A stretch of DNA of 64,000 nucleotides from Eledone cirrhosa (Eukaryota). Where the stretch lies: the NCBI GenBank assembly GCA_964016885.1, contig OZ024745.1, positions 38,936,001 through 39,000,000 on the forward strand. Reading direction: 5' to 3'. Position numbers and translations under genes: made by a program. Positions 43,714-57,159 of the stretch are shown here, piece after piece. Every line of letters begins with the position of its first letter. Position 1 is the first letter of the stretch. The notes below the pieces were generated by a model that worked only from the letters and a program-made list of their open reading frames with translations, was not told the DNA's origin and searched no databases.

Positions 43714-45589
43714 ATTGGCGTTTATATTAATATATATGAATTTATAATAATCCTGGTAGTAGATAATGTTTCTCTCCATGAGACAACGTGGGAATATCTA
43801 CATACAGTTGCCGACAGAATTGCAGGCAAGTGAGTAGAATTCAATTTATCTTGCTGAACATTGTATTAATGATGGTTAAACATACAATAGTATTTATATG
43901 TACCCCGTCTATTGTACATTGAGATTATTCAATGTCTCTCGGTTACTCGTAATCACAGTTATGCTGAGAGCTAAGCCCGAATAAGTCAGCCCATTCATTG
44001 AAATTTGCCATTCCGCACCATTAAAGAAAATACTTAAAAACTAACCAATTATTCTTTATGATTTACAACATCCAGTAACCACATTACTTCTGCAGTGAAG
44101 AGAGTAGGAGGTCAGCCTATGAACTAAGTATTACCTAGAGATACTGTGTTCCAATTACAATATTTCACAGCTTATGCCCATTACGAAATGCAGTGAGAAA
44201 TTTTTATAGGGAGCAGTTTCACAATCGAAACATTTCGAAGTATAGGTCTTAGCTAGTCTATATCTGTGAGCCTATCTATTTTGGCGGTAGTCTCAGGCCA
44301 GAGGCTAGAGTGGATTCGGTCTTATCGGGACGCTTTATATTGTGTAGATTTTTGATTTATAAAATCGATACTAGTATTTGGAACTTCTTTTTTATAAACA
44401 AGAGAACTATAAATACATAAATGTGATGCAGCCGAAATGCAAATCATATCCTTTAACATAATGTAACAAAATATCTACCTCATTAACTCGCTAGAAAATG
44501 AAAGGCGTAGCAATGATTTGCCAATAAGTATTCCATGTTATGTTCTGGTGTTTGGTCGTTATATTATATTTTAAACGGAGATTAAACCATTCGATACAAA
44601 TTTCACATCTGCTTAACTCCATGTATCCGAGAAACCTATATATTCGAAAGAATATAACTAAAACAATAACTAGAGAATCAAATAGAAAACAAACATATTT
44701 ATAACGTAAATAATGACACTAATATAAATCTATTTACAACATATTTACTTACGGATGGATGGAAATGTGCAATATTCTGCCACGAGGCATCGCATTATGA
44801 ATGCATATTTACAACTAAAACCTACATGAATCTGTAGCTGCGTTCTAAAAATTATACCCCTTACAAAATAGCTTAAACGCAAATTACCATTTTAATCCGG
44901 GGAATCGATGCATAGTAGAAATATTTTATCTCTTGATAGAGAATGTATATAGAAGAAAATGCTCACGTAACCCCCCCCCCCAACCAAAGCATACATGCAC
45001 ATACACACACACATGCGTGCATTCATATTATATATAAAGAGGGAGAGAGAGAGAAAGAGAGTGAGAGACAGGAAGGGAGATCGAAGGATAAATAAATAAA
45101 TCATTTGAACATAGTGTATAAAATGCAAAAAAAAATAAATTAAGAAATATTAGCAAATATATGTGTAACGGCACTAACATCAACAATAGCACAAACGCAA
45201 CCAAGAAACCATTGCAACAACATGACAATAACAATAAAAACATAAAAAAGATGAAGTACCACAATGTAACAAAGAAAAACAATATAAATGGACATAGAAG
45301 CCATTTTGAAATTGTGATATTAAAATAAAAATAGGAAAAAAAATAGTTAGAAAATGAACGGAATGTTTGATCAGAAAGCATTAAAATCGATGAAAACGGT
45401 GTGTGGGGCGGAATTGATCGTCGAAAACTATTGAATTGATAATAATGGGCGTAAAGATGGTTGAGGATGCGAGAAAAGTAAAACAAACACAATAAATCAG
45501 TATTACCTTACAAAATGTTTAAATTCGATTATGTATGTGAATATTTAAGAAAAGAGAAACAATTTACATGATTACGTGCATAAGTAGTG

Positions 45590-45649
<60 letters not shown>

Positions 45650-45761
45650 ATTTCACTGTAAATAATGCTCAGTAAAATTATAAAAATTATGTACATACAC
45701 AGGTGGGTGAATATGTATAAAATTTAGTCTAACACACACAATGTTTTATGCATATACATAC

Positions 45762-46234
<473 letters not shown>

Positions 46235-46649
46235 AGAGGGTGAGAGATATATAGAGAGAGAACACTTGAAGAAAGAAGAGATAAATAGGTATATAAATAT
46301 ATAAAGAAATAGCAAGATAAATGTAGCTAACTGAATAATGGGTTTTCGTTCGAGTGTGTCTCTGTGTGTATGAATATGTTTGTTCATTCAAGGATACAAA
46401 AATTATTCGGTTGAAATATGACAATAATGTATGGATAATTCAATGCGATATGTTCTTTTGATATCTTTCTTGTAATCTCTTCTCGCTCCTTCTATCACCT
46501 TACTACAAGTGTACCCCTAACTCTTCAATTATTCTCACGCTTATACATAATTTGCTCATACCATATATGCATGCTTATATCATAATCGCATGAAGGTGTC
46601 GGTACGGTAGATGGGAGCGTTCTACTCTCCATCTAGCCTATGTATACGA

Positions 46650-47900
46650 GAGTTCTCAGGCTTGAGAGACTTGAATCCATTAGCAGTACTGCGACGTGCT
46701 TGTAATTAGAACCCTCGAAATGAATGTGTAGCGCATGATGACGAAAACAGCTCTGGCTATCAGTGGATATGAGGCAAAGACAGTTCAGCCTTTTACAGCA
46801 ACTGATTTAGTAAGTTATTCATTCGATATCTGAAGAGATATTAGTTAAATAGTGAGAGAAATTCAATTTAGGCTCACATATTACCTATTCTGCTGACGTG
46901 TGGTGGTCTTAATGTCTGTCAGTTTGTTGATTATTTCGTCGGAGCCGTCTACATGTTCGACGATTGTGTCGAAAAGGGGTTTGGAATAAGAAACAAGCCA
47001 GATTTTATAGATTTTATATACACCGGGGATAGTGGGTCACGTTTTGTATGTTTTAGTAGGATGATAGAAGGAGTGATTCCTACTATTTTATCTGTGAATT
47101 TCCTTGGCTAGAGATATTTGTCTAACTACTGTTAACGCTGATTTCTAGTTGTTTATATGAAATACCGTTGACATTTCTGTATGGTGCAATATGGCTAAAG
47201 TGTTCCAGGTACATTAGGTGTATGACATTTGGTTGACGATGCAAACTACCTTCTGTTTACTGGTAGAAGTGATATAGGCTTTAATAACGTAAGGTTTAAG
47301 GAATACATGCACAGCTTTAGAGAATTGAGAGAGTGTGCTGATTGTCTGTAAAATTGTGACGGTACGGTGTAATTAACTTTTTTGTTAAATTCATGGTTGA
47401 TGGAAGGGAAAGTTGGAATGGATTACTAGGGAAACATATATGATAGGTTACTATATTTAGCATGAGTAGCCGTAGTGGTGATTGTTATAGTAAAATTAGG
47501 GGTAGTATTAACATTGAACATGTCGCTGAGTTGGCGACAACAGAAGTGGTAATGGATGGGGAGTTCATGACAGATAATGAGGTAGCTGCTGTGTTGGCTT
47601 TTATGGCTGCTATACACTTCATCTGTTCCATCAAAATTAGATTCCATATCAAGTTTCAATATATCGTTATAACGTAGAACTTGGAAACATTTTGGGCCAT
47701 GGATTAGTTAAACTAATACTTCGTATCGGTCGCACGTAGTTGATTATTTGTAAGAGCATCGTGCTAGGTGTTGTTGCATCCGCTAGATTAGTGGTATTGG
47801 TATTGTTTATTTGAGGTTCGAATAGTGATTATGTAGAATGCATAGGAACTTGCGTGTATAGCATATTTTATTGATAGTAACAGCATTTATTGATAAAGTG
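46650..47900 (-). mobile_element. Possible highly degraded Penelope-like RT remnant
   Basis: Weak minus-strand motifs FYHPTKTYK (cf. FYxLPKxHK), VDGSDEIINKL and VSL..SL..NI (cf. VSFDVxSLFTNV). Many stops; boundaries uncertain. Confidence 0.4.
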
Positions 47901-48267
47901 GTGTTGCGTAGAATAGTGAGGAATGTGTGTACAAATAGATACTATTGTATACTATACAATAATATCCTATTGTATCTCCTGTACAATGTATAGGATATTT
48001 TATCTGTGTAGTTGTCGGGAAATATTTTGCTGAATAAATTGTGTATGAGGTTGCAATATTGTTCAGATATAAGCTCTAATTTAGAGCAGAATAAATACCA
48101 ATGAAATAGGTAATCTGAGAATGATAGAACACACTCACATAAACAAATATATAACCAAAATCACAGGATTTACGATTGTATAGAGTATACATGAAATACG
48201 ACACTGTTTATAATCAAGGGGCAGTAATGCAGTGACAATGCGGAAAATGATAATGATGATGATATTG

Positions 48268-48318
48268 AAGAGAAGAAGAAGAAGAAGAAGAAGAAGAAGA
48301 AGAAGAAGAAGAAGAAGA
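48268..48318 (+). repeat. (AGA)n microsatellite
   Basis: Pure AGA run. Confidence 0.95.
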
Positions 48319-48384
48319 TTGAATGACAGTAGATACTACATATATACTACGGTAGTTGTTGAAATATGTTGCGTAATCATGACC

Positions 48385-51300
48385 TTTATTATTGTCCTTT
48401 CAGTCTCAGTCATGGATGATATTTAACGGGAAGTTTGTTGAATTGAATATCAAGCCACTACCTGCAGCTTCGGGCATTCAGGACGTATCAGAGATTCCTT
48501 GCTGTTCTTAGCAAGCATGCCTTTTGAAATGTTCCAAAAAGCGGGGCTGAACTAATCTTCATTAACCATCCTTGGAAACTCTTTGAGATAGTACCTAGTG
48601 CGCCTATGACAATCGGGACAACTCTGACTTCATGGCAGTTCCAAATCCTGTTTAACTCCCATTTTAAGTATCGGCTAATTTTCTCCCTCTCCTTTTCTTG
48701 CACTCTCGTGTCAAATGGGCAGACTACATCTACAATCAAGCACGATCTTTTTCCTTGTCCAAAACCACCAGGTCAGGCCTATTTTATTCTAATTTCTTGT
48801 CAGTCTGTATGCTAAAATCCCATAGCACCTTCACCTGATCCTTTTCTGTCACCGACTCTGGTTTATGCTCATACCACTTCTCAGAATGTGGTAAATTGTT
48901 TACTTTGCATAGATGCCAGTGGATCACCCTGCCTATCACCTCATGTCTCCAGCCTTTATAGTGAGTCTGGGCTAGGTGTTTACACTCTCTCTCTCCACAG
49001 ATTCTACACAGAGAGCTAGCCTCATCCTTTTAAATATTGTGTTTCACCAACTTCGTTCTTACGGCTTGCTCTTGCGCAGCTATCAGCATTCTTTCTGTAG
49101 GTTTTTAACGTCTCCTCTTTTTAAACAGTTCCATGTCTGTGGATCTCTAAATTCAGTTTTCCTAAAGAAGGTACTACGAACGGATTTTTCATGAAGGTTG
49201 CTCTTCCTCCTTGTTGTTATTTCCTCCTTGGACATCCCCATGTCTATTGACTTCTCCTTCAGTAAAACTTTGAACATTGGCACCCTACTGTCAGTCACGT
49301 ATTTGTACAGGTTGTTTTTCTCCATCTGAACACAGTCCTTTGCTGATAAGACCTCTTCCACCTTCAGATTTCTTTAAGTAGAGTCTATCGACATCACTCC
49401 TTTTCTGGAACATGTTGTAGATAGTCAATAGCTTCCGAGTCTTCCTTTCCATTTCTTTTTGTTCAGCAACATTACATTTCAAAATTCCCGCACTGTACCT
49501 AATAATAGACACAGCTCGGGAATTCACTGCACTTATGACATTCCGACTATTTAGATGTGACTTTAATACGCTTCTTACTATCCTTATGCACTCAGATCTT
49601 ATCAATTCATTCATTTTTTTGTTCTCGATGTCATCTGCCTCCAGAACACCTAAATAGTTGTATCCCTCTTCAGTGTCAATTTCCTTTATCATCTCACCTG
49701 TTGGTACCTGGATTCCGTTGCTTCTGCTTAATTTACCCCTTCATCACTAGGACTCCAAACTTATTAATACCAAATTCCATACATATATCATTGCTGAAAA
49801 TACGGACAGTGTCAACAAGTACATCCAACTCCTTCTCACTCTTCCCAAAGAGTTTAAGATCGTAGATGAAGAGGAAGGTGGTTGATGGTAGCTCTCCTTT
49901 TCTCAACTTCTATCCTCCTCTCACTTTTCGCAATATAATGGTCACGGATAACAGGGCAAGTACAAACAGCAATGGAGGCAAACTCTCTCCCTGGAAGATA
50001 CCTCTCTTGATCTTCACTCCTCCCAAGGATTCTCCACCCGATGTTAACTCTGTTTCCCAGGACTTCATACTTTTTCTCAACAACTGTCTGATGTTATCTG
50101 CCACCCTGAAGATCTCTAGGCTTTTGGTTATCCAAGAATGAGGTAATCTATCCATCTCATGGCAAGACAAGTATGCCTCCTCTAGCAACCTCATTACCAT
50201 CTTATCAATAAGTAACTGGTTTTTGTACATCTTTAGGCATCCTTTCTCTTCTTCCGGTAACAAGATGTTTATGTGGAGGTGGTGGTAGATTTCCTCAGAC
50301 ACAATGCTTGTTAACAGTTTCCAGATTACGGATAGGCATGTTATAGGCCTATAGCTGGTAACATCATTACCCTTGATACGGATTTCATTACCAGAAATGT
50401 GGTACCTTTTGTCAATCAGTCTGGTACTTCACCCGACATCAAGCAGTCATTGAACATGGTTGTCAGTTTTGGTTGGAGGGATGGTATGTTTTTAATCCAA
50501 TACTCTTGCACACCATCTGGGCTAAGTAATTTCCTGTTTGTTAGATTTTTGGCCTGCCCTTTAAGAGTTTCAACTGTGATACTCAAATCAGGTTGTTGGA
50601 CTGACTGTTCACTAATCTCCTTTTGAACTGTCTCAATCAACACTGCCTGATTATTATGTTCAACATCCTGCTCTCATATCCTCTCCAGAACGTCTTATTT
50701 GTTCCACCTTAGGGATTACGTCGTTGCCTCTTTCTTTCCCTTCAAGCTGCCCTAACAACATCTTCTGGTTGTTGTCAAACATGCGGGTCTGTCTATACTG
50801 ACATACTCTGTTCTCATACCGCCTATGCACTTTTTGCTACAATGCGTTGCTTCAGTTCTTCTGATAATATTTAGTTTTTCCCCCCTAGTTTTGTATTTTA
50901 TTTCCAATATATCTTTAGTGCCTATGTTTTGGAATGTCCCATCCAGTAAGAACTCAAGCTGTCCAATGTCTTTTCTCATTTTCTTGATTTGACCATTCAG
51001 TCGTTCCTTCCACCACGTTTGTGATCTTTCTTGCTTGTTGTTTCCTCTCGTTTTTATGTCAAGTAATTTCCTCACCGCATTTGCATTTACATTGAGGATA
51101 TTTTTGCATTGGTGAAGGTTCCTCGTCTCAAGGTATGGGATGATTTGTTTAACATAGCTGTTGTTTCTGTTAACTTTTTTCTGTCTACAAATCTTAGGTT
51201 TATAGGTTTTCCACTATCATTGTTCATTTCATCTACCACTAAGTTCAGGATATCAACCAAATCTTGTCCTAACCCGTCAGCATTCATTTCCGCAATGGCC

Positions 51301-51985
51301 GTATATTTGTTCCAGATATTATTTATTTCAGCATTCAGATCATTTTCTGCTTCGGATGCTTCCTCAGGACTCTGAACCTCTTCACCTTCATTTTCGACTT
51401 GCTCGTTTGCCTGACATACTCCACTCTCCATTTCCAACTGAATCTCTCTGCTCAGTTCCTCCAGTTCCAACTCGCTTATCCATCAATTAGTTCTTATTAC
51501 CCGAGCCTGCCCGGTCAATTTTTGTTCATATAATTTAAATAGACCAATCACGTTCCAGATGTTAGGCATCCGTTTCCTATAGCCTTTTCCCATGGGGTTA
51601 CTCTTCAGGTAACATTTCATGACAGTTCTATTCAATTCTTTCGTCCAGTTGGTTCTTGTCCCTTTCCTTCTTCTTCCTCCAACACCAGCAGTATTTGGAT
51701 GACAGCCAGGTCCCTGCTACTGGGCCAGGGAGCACTTGCTGGGTGAGAGTATGTCATATGACGTTACAGTATCCTTTTCACCGTTATTCGAACTCTTTAG
51801 GTCCGACATTTAAACACTCACATCGAGGATTGGTGAATGTATAGGTACATAACCACCGGTGATTTTTGCGTGGCACCATCACGCTGTAGACGAACATAAA
51901 TATATAAACAAATAAATAAATAAAAACATGAACACATAAACATAAGTTTCATTGTTATGATTGAAAGTCTGACTTATTTTTTTTC
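48385..51985 (-). mobile_element. R4/Dong-clade non-LTR retrotransposon, near full length, decayed
   Basis: Colinear with the 53011-56690 copy but broken into 7 or more ORF pieces (IKRGIFQGESLPPLLFVL, YNYLGVLE, IVDVVCPFD). Shares its 5' and 3' UTR sequences. Confidence 0.92.
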
Positions 51986-52199
51986 CTTTTTTGTTTTTTA
52001 AGGCCAGTAACATCGGTTACTAGTGTTGTTGTTGCTGCTGCTGCTGTTTTTATTAAATTTTACCTACGCTAATCTCGTAGTCATAGCAACAAGTGGGTAG
52101 GGGGTGTTGCTTTCAAATCTTTTGAAATTTGTGTTTCTTTTGCTGTTGAGTTTGTTTTTCTCTGTGTTCTGTTCTGTACTTTTTTGACTTGTTGCTTAT

Positions 52200-52392
52200 C
52201 GGCAGTATCGGTAGAGAGTCGGATGCCATGCTTTCCAACATAGTTACGTCCCTTATCGATCTGAGTTCAAATTCCACCGAAGTTGACTTTGCCTTTCATC
52301 CTTACGGGATCGATAAAATAAAGTACCAGTAATGCACTGGTTAACTGCTGGCCTTGTGCCAAAAAGTAGAAACAATTATTATTATTATTATT
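52200..52392 (+). mobile_element. tRNA-derived SINE
   Basis: GGCAGTATCGGTAGAGAGTCGG..GAGTTCAAATTCC..GCCTTTCATCCTTACGGG..GTGCCAAAAAGTAGAAAC with (ATT)n tail. Confidence 0.9.
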
Positions 52393-52967
52393 TGACATCG
52401 TTTAAACTAAACATTTTGAGATTAATATGGTGTTGTTGTTAGCTGTTTGACCGGGTTACTAAATCAAACTATTTATACATTTTGGGGACTTCCTCGTTTC
52501 TAGTCATGTGTAGTGGCACTACTAACATCCCTCTCATAACGGGTGTAGTGGGGGAGTAGTGGTGGTAGTGATGACGGATTGGTGGCGGTGCTGATGGGGT
52601 AGTAGTAATGTAGTGATGGTGTTGTTGCTGCTGTTGGTTTGTCTCTAGCTAAATGTTGTGGTAGTGGTGCTGGTGGCGGCGGCGGTGGTGGTGTTGGTGG
52701 TGAAATTATTTGGCTGTTGTTTTCTTTCATTTGTGACCATTTGTAACTATTTTCTTTTTTGACTATAACATTTCTGATACAAAATTAAATATTTGAGCCC
52801 CATGCCATATTGTTATGTTGTGTCACTTCCTGAGAGTTAAGGCTGGTGTCTTATGTCACATTTGTAATAAGATTTATTTTATCGTAATTGTTTTAAATAT
52901 GTAAAAAATCAAAAACTTACGGAGCGATTCCATAACAATCTATCCATCATGTGTGAACCTTCCATTA

Positions 52968-52969
<2 letters not shown>

Positions 52970-52999
<30 letters not shown>

Positions 53000-55900
53000 G
53001 TTATTGTTATTCCTTGAATCTCAGTCATTGATGTTGGTTAACTGGAAAGTCCGTTGGATTGAATATCAAGCCACTACCTGCAGCCTCAGATATTCAGGAC
53101 GTATCGGAGGGTTCTTGCTGTTCCAAGCAAGCATGCCTTTTGAAGCGTTCCAAAAAGCGTGAAGGGGCCGATTTTCTTTAACCATCCCTGGAAACCTTTG
53201 GAGATAGTCCCCAGTGCGCCTATGACAATCGGGATCACTTTGACTTCATGGCAGTTCCAAATCCTTTTCACCTCCCACTTTAGGTCCTGGTATCGGTTAA
53301 TTTTCTCCCTCTCCTTCTCTTGCACTCTCGTGTCGAACGGGCAGGCCACATCCACAATCAGGCACGATCTTTTTTCTTTGTCCACAACCACCAGGTCAGG
53401 TCTATTGTGTTCCAGTTTTTTGTCCGTCTGTATCCTAAAATCCCACAGCACCTTCACCTGACTGTTCTCCATCACCGCCTCTGGCCTATTCTCATACCAT
53501 TTCTCAGAATGTGGTAGATTGTTTACTTTGCACAGGTGCCAGTGGATCACCCTGCCCATCACATCGTGTCTCCAGCCCTTATAGTGGGTCTGGGCTAGGT
53601 GTTTACACTCGGACACAATGTGAGCCACAGTCTCCTCTCTCTCTCCACAGATCCTGCACAGTGGGCTAGCCTCCTCCTTGTAGATATGGTGCTTCAACCA
53701 CTTCGTTTTGAGGGCCTGCTCCTGCGCAGCCATTAGCATTCCTTCTGTAGCCTTTTTGAGGTCTCCTCTTCTCAACCAGTTCCATGTCTGTGGATCTCTA
53801 AATTCAGTTTTCTCAAAGAAGGTACTATGAAGGGATTTTCCCTTAAGGCTGCTCTTCCTCCTTGATGTTATTTCCTCCTTGGATATCCCCTGGCCTACTG
53901 CCCCCTCCTTCAGTACAGCTCTGAGCATTGGCTCCTTACTATAGGTCACGTATTTGTATAGGTTGTTTTTCTCCATCTGAACACAGTCCTCTATGCTGAT
54001 AAGACCTCTTCCACCCTCAGATCTCCTTAGGTAGAGTCTATCGACATCACTCCTCTTGTGGAACATGTTGTAGATAGTCAATAGCTTCCTAGTCTTCCTA
54101 TCCATTTCTTTTTGTTCAGCAACATTCCATCTCAGAATTCCCGCACTGTACCTAATAATAGACACAGCTCGGGAATTTACTGCGCTTATGGCATTTCTGC
54201 TGTTCAGATGTGACTTCAATACGCTCCTTACTCTCCGAATATATTCAGTTCTTAAGAATTCCTTCATTTTTTTGTTCTTTATGCCATCAGCCTCCAGAAC
54301 GCCCAAATACTTGTATCCTTCCTCAGAGTCAATTTCCCTGATCATCTCACCTGTTGGTATCTGGATCCCGTTACTTCTGCTCAACCTACCCCTCTTAATC
54401 ACAATGACTCCACATTAACCAATACCAAACTGCATACATATATCACTGCTGAAAATACGGACAGTGTCAACAAGCACATCCAACTCCTTCTCACTTTTCC
54501 CGAAAAGCTTAAGATCGTCCATGAAGAGGAGGTGATTGATGGTAAGCTCTCCCCTTCCCAACTTGTATCCTGCTCTCACTTTTCGCAGCATAATGGTCAA
54601 GGGCATCAGGGCAAGGACAAACAACAGAGGGGACAGGCTATCTCCCTGGAAGATACCTCTCTTGATCTTCACGCTTCCCAAGGATACTCCAGTTGATGTC
54701 AACTCTGTCTCCCAGGACCCCATACTCCTGCCCAGCAACTGTCTGATGTTATCTGCCACCCTGAAGATCTCCAGGCTTTTGGTGATCCAGGAATGAGGCA
54801 CCATGTCAAATGCCTTTCTGTAGTCTATCCATCCCATGGCAAGATCAGTGTGTCTCCTCCTGCAATTCCCCATTACCATCTTATCAATAAGCAACTGGTC
54901 CTTTGTACCACGTGACTTCTTTCGGCATCCTTTCTGTTCGTCCGGTAACAAGTTGTTTGTGTGGAGGTGATGGTAGATTTCCTCAGACACAATGCTCGTC
55001 AACAGTTTCCACATTACGGGCAGACATGTGATAGGACTATAGTTGGTAACATCATTACCCTTGATTCGGTCTTTCATTATCAGAACTGTGGTACCTTTTG
55101 TCAACCACTCTGGCACCTCACCCGACACCAAGCAGTCATTGAACATGGCCGTCAGCTTCGGGTGGAGGGATGTTAAATGTTTAATCCAATACCCCTGCAC
55201 ACCATCTGGGCCTGGTGATTTCGAGTTGGTTAGTTTTTTGGCTTGCCCCTTAAGAGTTTCAACTGTGATACTCAAATCAGTCTGTTGTTGTGCCTGCTCA
55301 CCGATCTCCCTCTGTACTGTCTCAATCCACCCTGCCTGGGCATTGTGTCTAACATCCTGCTCCCATATTCCTCTCCAGAATGTTTTAGCTTGTTCCGCCC
55401 CAGGGATCAAGTCGTTGCCTCTTTCTTTCCCCTCAAGCTGTCCAAACAGCATCTTCTGGTTGTTGTCGAACATGCGGTTCTGTTTATACTGACTGACTTT
55501 GTTCTCGTATCGCCTGATTTTGGCACTCTTTGCTACAATGCGTTGCTTCAATTCCTCTATGATAATATTTAGCTTTTTACTCCTAGTTTTGTATTTTATT
55601 TCCAGTCTATTTTTAGTGCCTATGTTTTTTAGTGTCCCATTCAGTAGTGACTCAAGCTTTCCTATGTCATTTCTCATTTCCCCGATTTGCCCACTCAGTC
55701 GCTTCTTCCACCACGGCTCTGCTCTTTCTTGTCTGTTGTTTCCTCTCGCTTTTATACCAAGTAGTTTCCTCACCGTATTTGCTGTTGCTTTGAGGATATT
55801 GTTGCACTGGTGAAGACTCCTCGCCTCAAGGTATGGGATGACTTTGTTTACCTTAGCTGTTGTTTCTTTTAACTTTTTCCTGTCTACAAATCTTAGGTTC

Positions 55901-56690
55901 ATAGGTCTCCCACTATCTTTGTTCAACTCATCTACCACTAAATTTAGGATGTCAACCGAATCTTGTCCTAGCCCGTCAGCATTCATCTCCTCAGTGGCCG
56001 TATCTCTGTTCCAGGTATTATTTATCTCAGTATTCAGATCATTGTCTGCTTCGGGTGGTTCCTCCGTTCTCAGGACCTCCTCACCTTCATTTCCCGCCGG
56101 CTCGCTTGTCTGGCATACTACACCCGCCATCTCCAAGCCATTCTCTCTGCTCAGTTCCTCCAGTTCCAGCTCGCCTATCCACCCATTAGTTCTTATTACC
56201 CGAGCCTGCCCGGCCAATTTTTGTTCATCTAATTTAAATAAACCAATCTCGTTCCAGATGTTATGCATCCGTCTCCTGTAGCCCCTCTCCTTGGGGTTAC
56301 TTTTCAGGTAGCATTGCATAACAGTTCTATTCAATTCTTTCGTCCAGTTGGTTCTGGCCCCTTTCCTTCTTCTTCTTCCTCCAACATCAGCAGTATTTGG
56401 TTGACAGTCAGGTTCCTGTTGGGTGAGAGTCTGTCACATGACGTTCTAGTCTCCATTTCACCGTTATTCGAACTGTTTATGTTCGATATTTAAACACTCT
56501 TATCGAGGATTGGCGAATGTATGTTTACATAGCCATCTGTGGATCCGCCATCCCACTTGGCCCTTGTGTGGCATTATCACCGCGCTGTATACGAACACAC
56601 ATAAACAAACAAACACACGGGCAGAAAGGGCCCCAAAAATGAATAAGCATAAGTTTCATTGTAATGTAGTATTCGAATGTCTGACTTAGT
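52970..56690 (-). mobile_element. R4/Dong-clade non-LTR retrotransposon, near intact, 3' end in (TAA)n
   Basis: Single long ORF with RT, CCHC finger and restriction-like endonuclease. The 3' end abuts (TTA)n at 52970-53010, consistent with the known TAA-repeat targeting of Dong elements. Confidence 0.95.
53086..56334 (-). pseudogene. R4/Dong RT-RLE polyprotein ORF with one in-frame TAA at 54415-54417
   Basis: ORFs 54415-56334 (KSPGPDG, PITCL, EQKGC, WIDYRKAFDMVPH, GIFQGDSLSPLLF, HLLFMDDLKL) and 53086-54402 (CRIC..ETVAHIVSEC, RHD, RPDLVVVD..IVDVACPFD..K) are in the same frame, separated by one stop plus 4 codons. Confidence 0.93.
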
Positions 56691-56734
56691 TTTTGTTTTT
56701 TAAGTTTTACTTTTTCCCCCCTCTTCTCTGTCCG

Positions 56735-56879
56735 AATAAGTTGAGAGGCTGGGTTACAAACATTTTTACAACAGACACCACCACAATCAACGTGAACACT
56801 GAGAAGACTAATTTCGAAAAAATTACCACAACAACTACAACAATAACAGCATCAACCATAATACAGTCAACAGAAAAAA

Positions 56880-56880
<1 letters not shown>
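56735..56880 (+). repeat. Duplicate of the 5' region of the adjacent Tx1-like element
   Basis: Near-identical to 57204-57349; followed by (TTA)n at 56881-56941. Confidence 0.9.
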
Positions 56881-56941
<61 letters not shown>

Positions 56942-57159
56942 CCCTCTATTCGGACGCTTTTTGCTCGCTTCCAATAAGTCGCTTTATTTGCCTGTTAAAA
57001 TTATTTGTTGTTAAATATTTCTTGTTGTGTAAGGGATATAAGCCCTTAGACTTTGCCCTGTGAAGTGGAAAGTAAAATATTTGGGTCTGTTGGCCCAAAT
57101 ATTTGAACATTTTACTTTTTAATAAAAAAATTGGTTTAAAAAAAAAACATGGATGAGCC

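Noticed and set aside
53159-56493. Plus-strand ORFs overlapping the Dong element
   Set aside because: Antisense shadows of the RT-RLE ORF.
56500-56690. HDV-like ribozyme in the R4/Dong 5' UTR
   Set aside because: Known from some related elements, but I could not build the nested double pseudoknot from this sequence.
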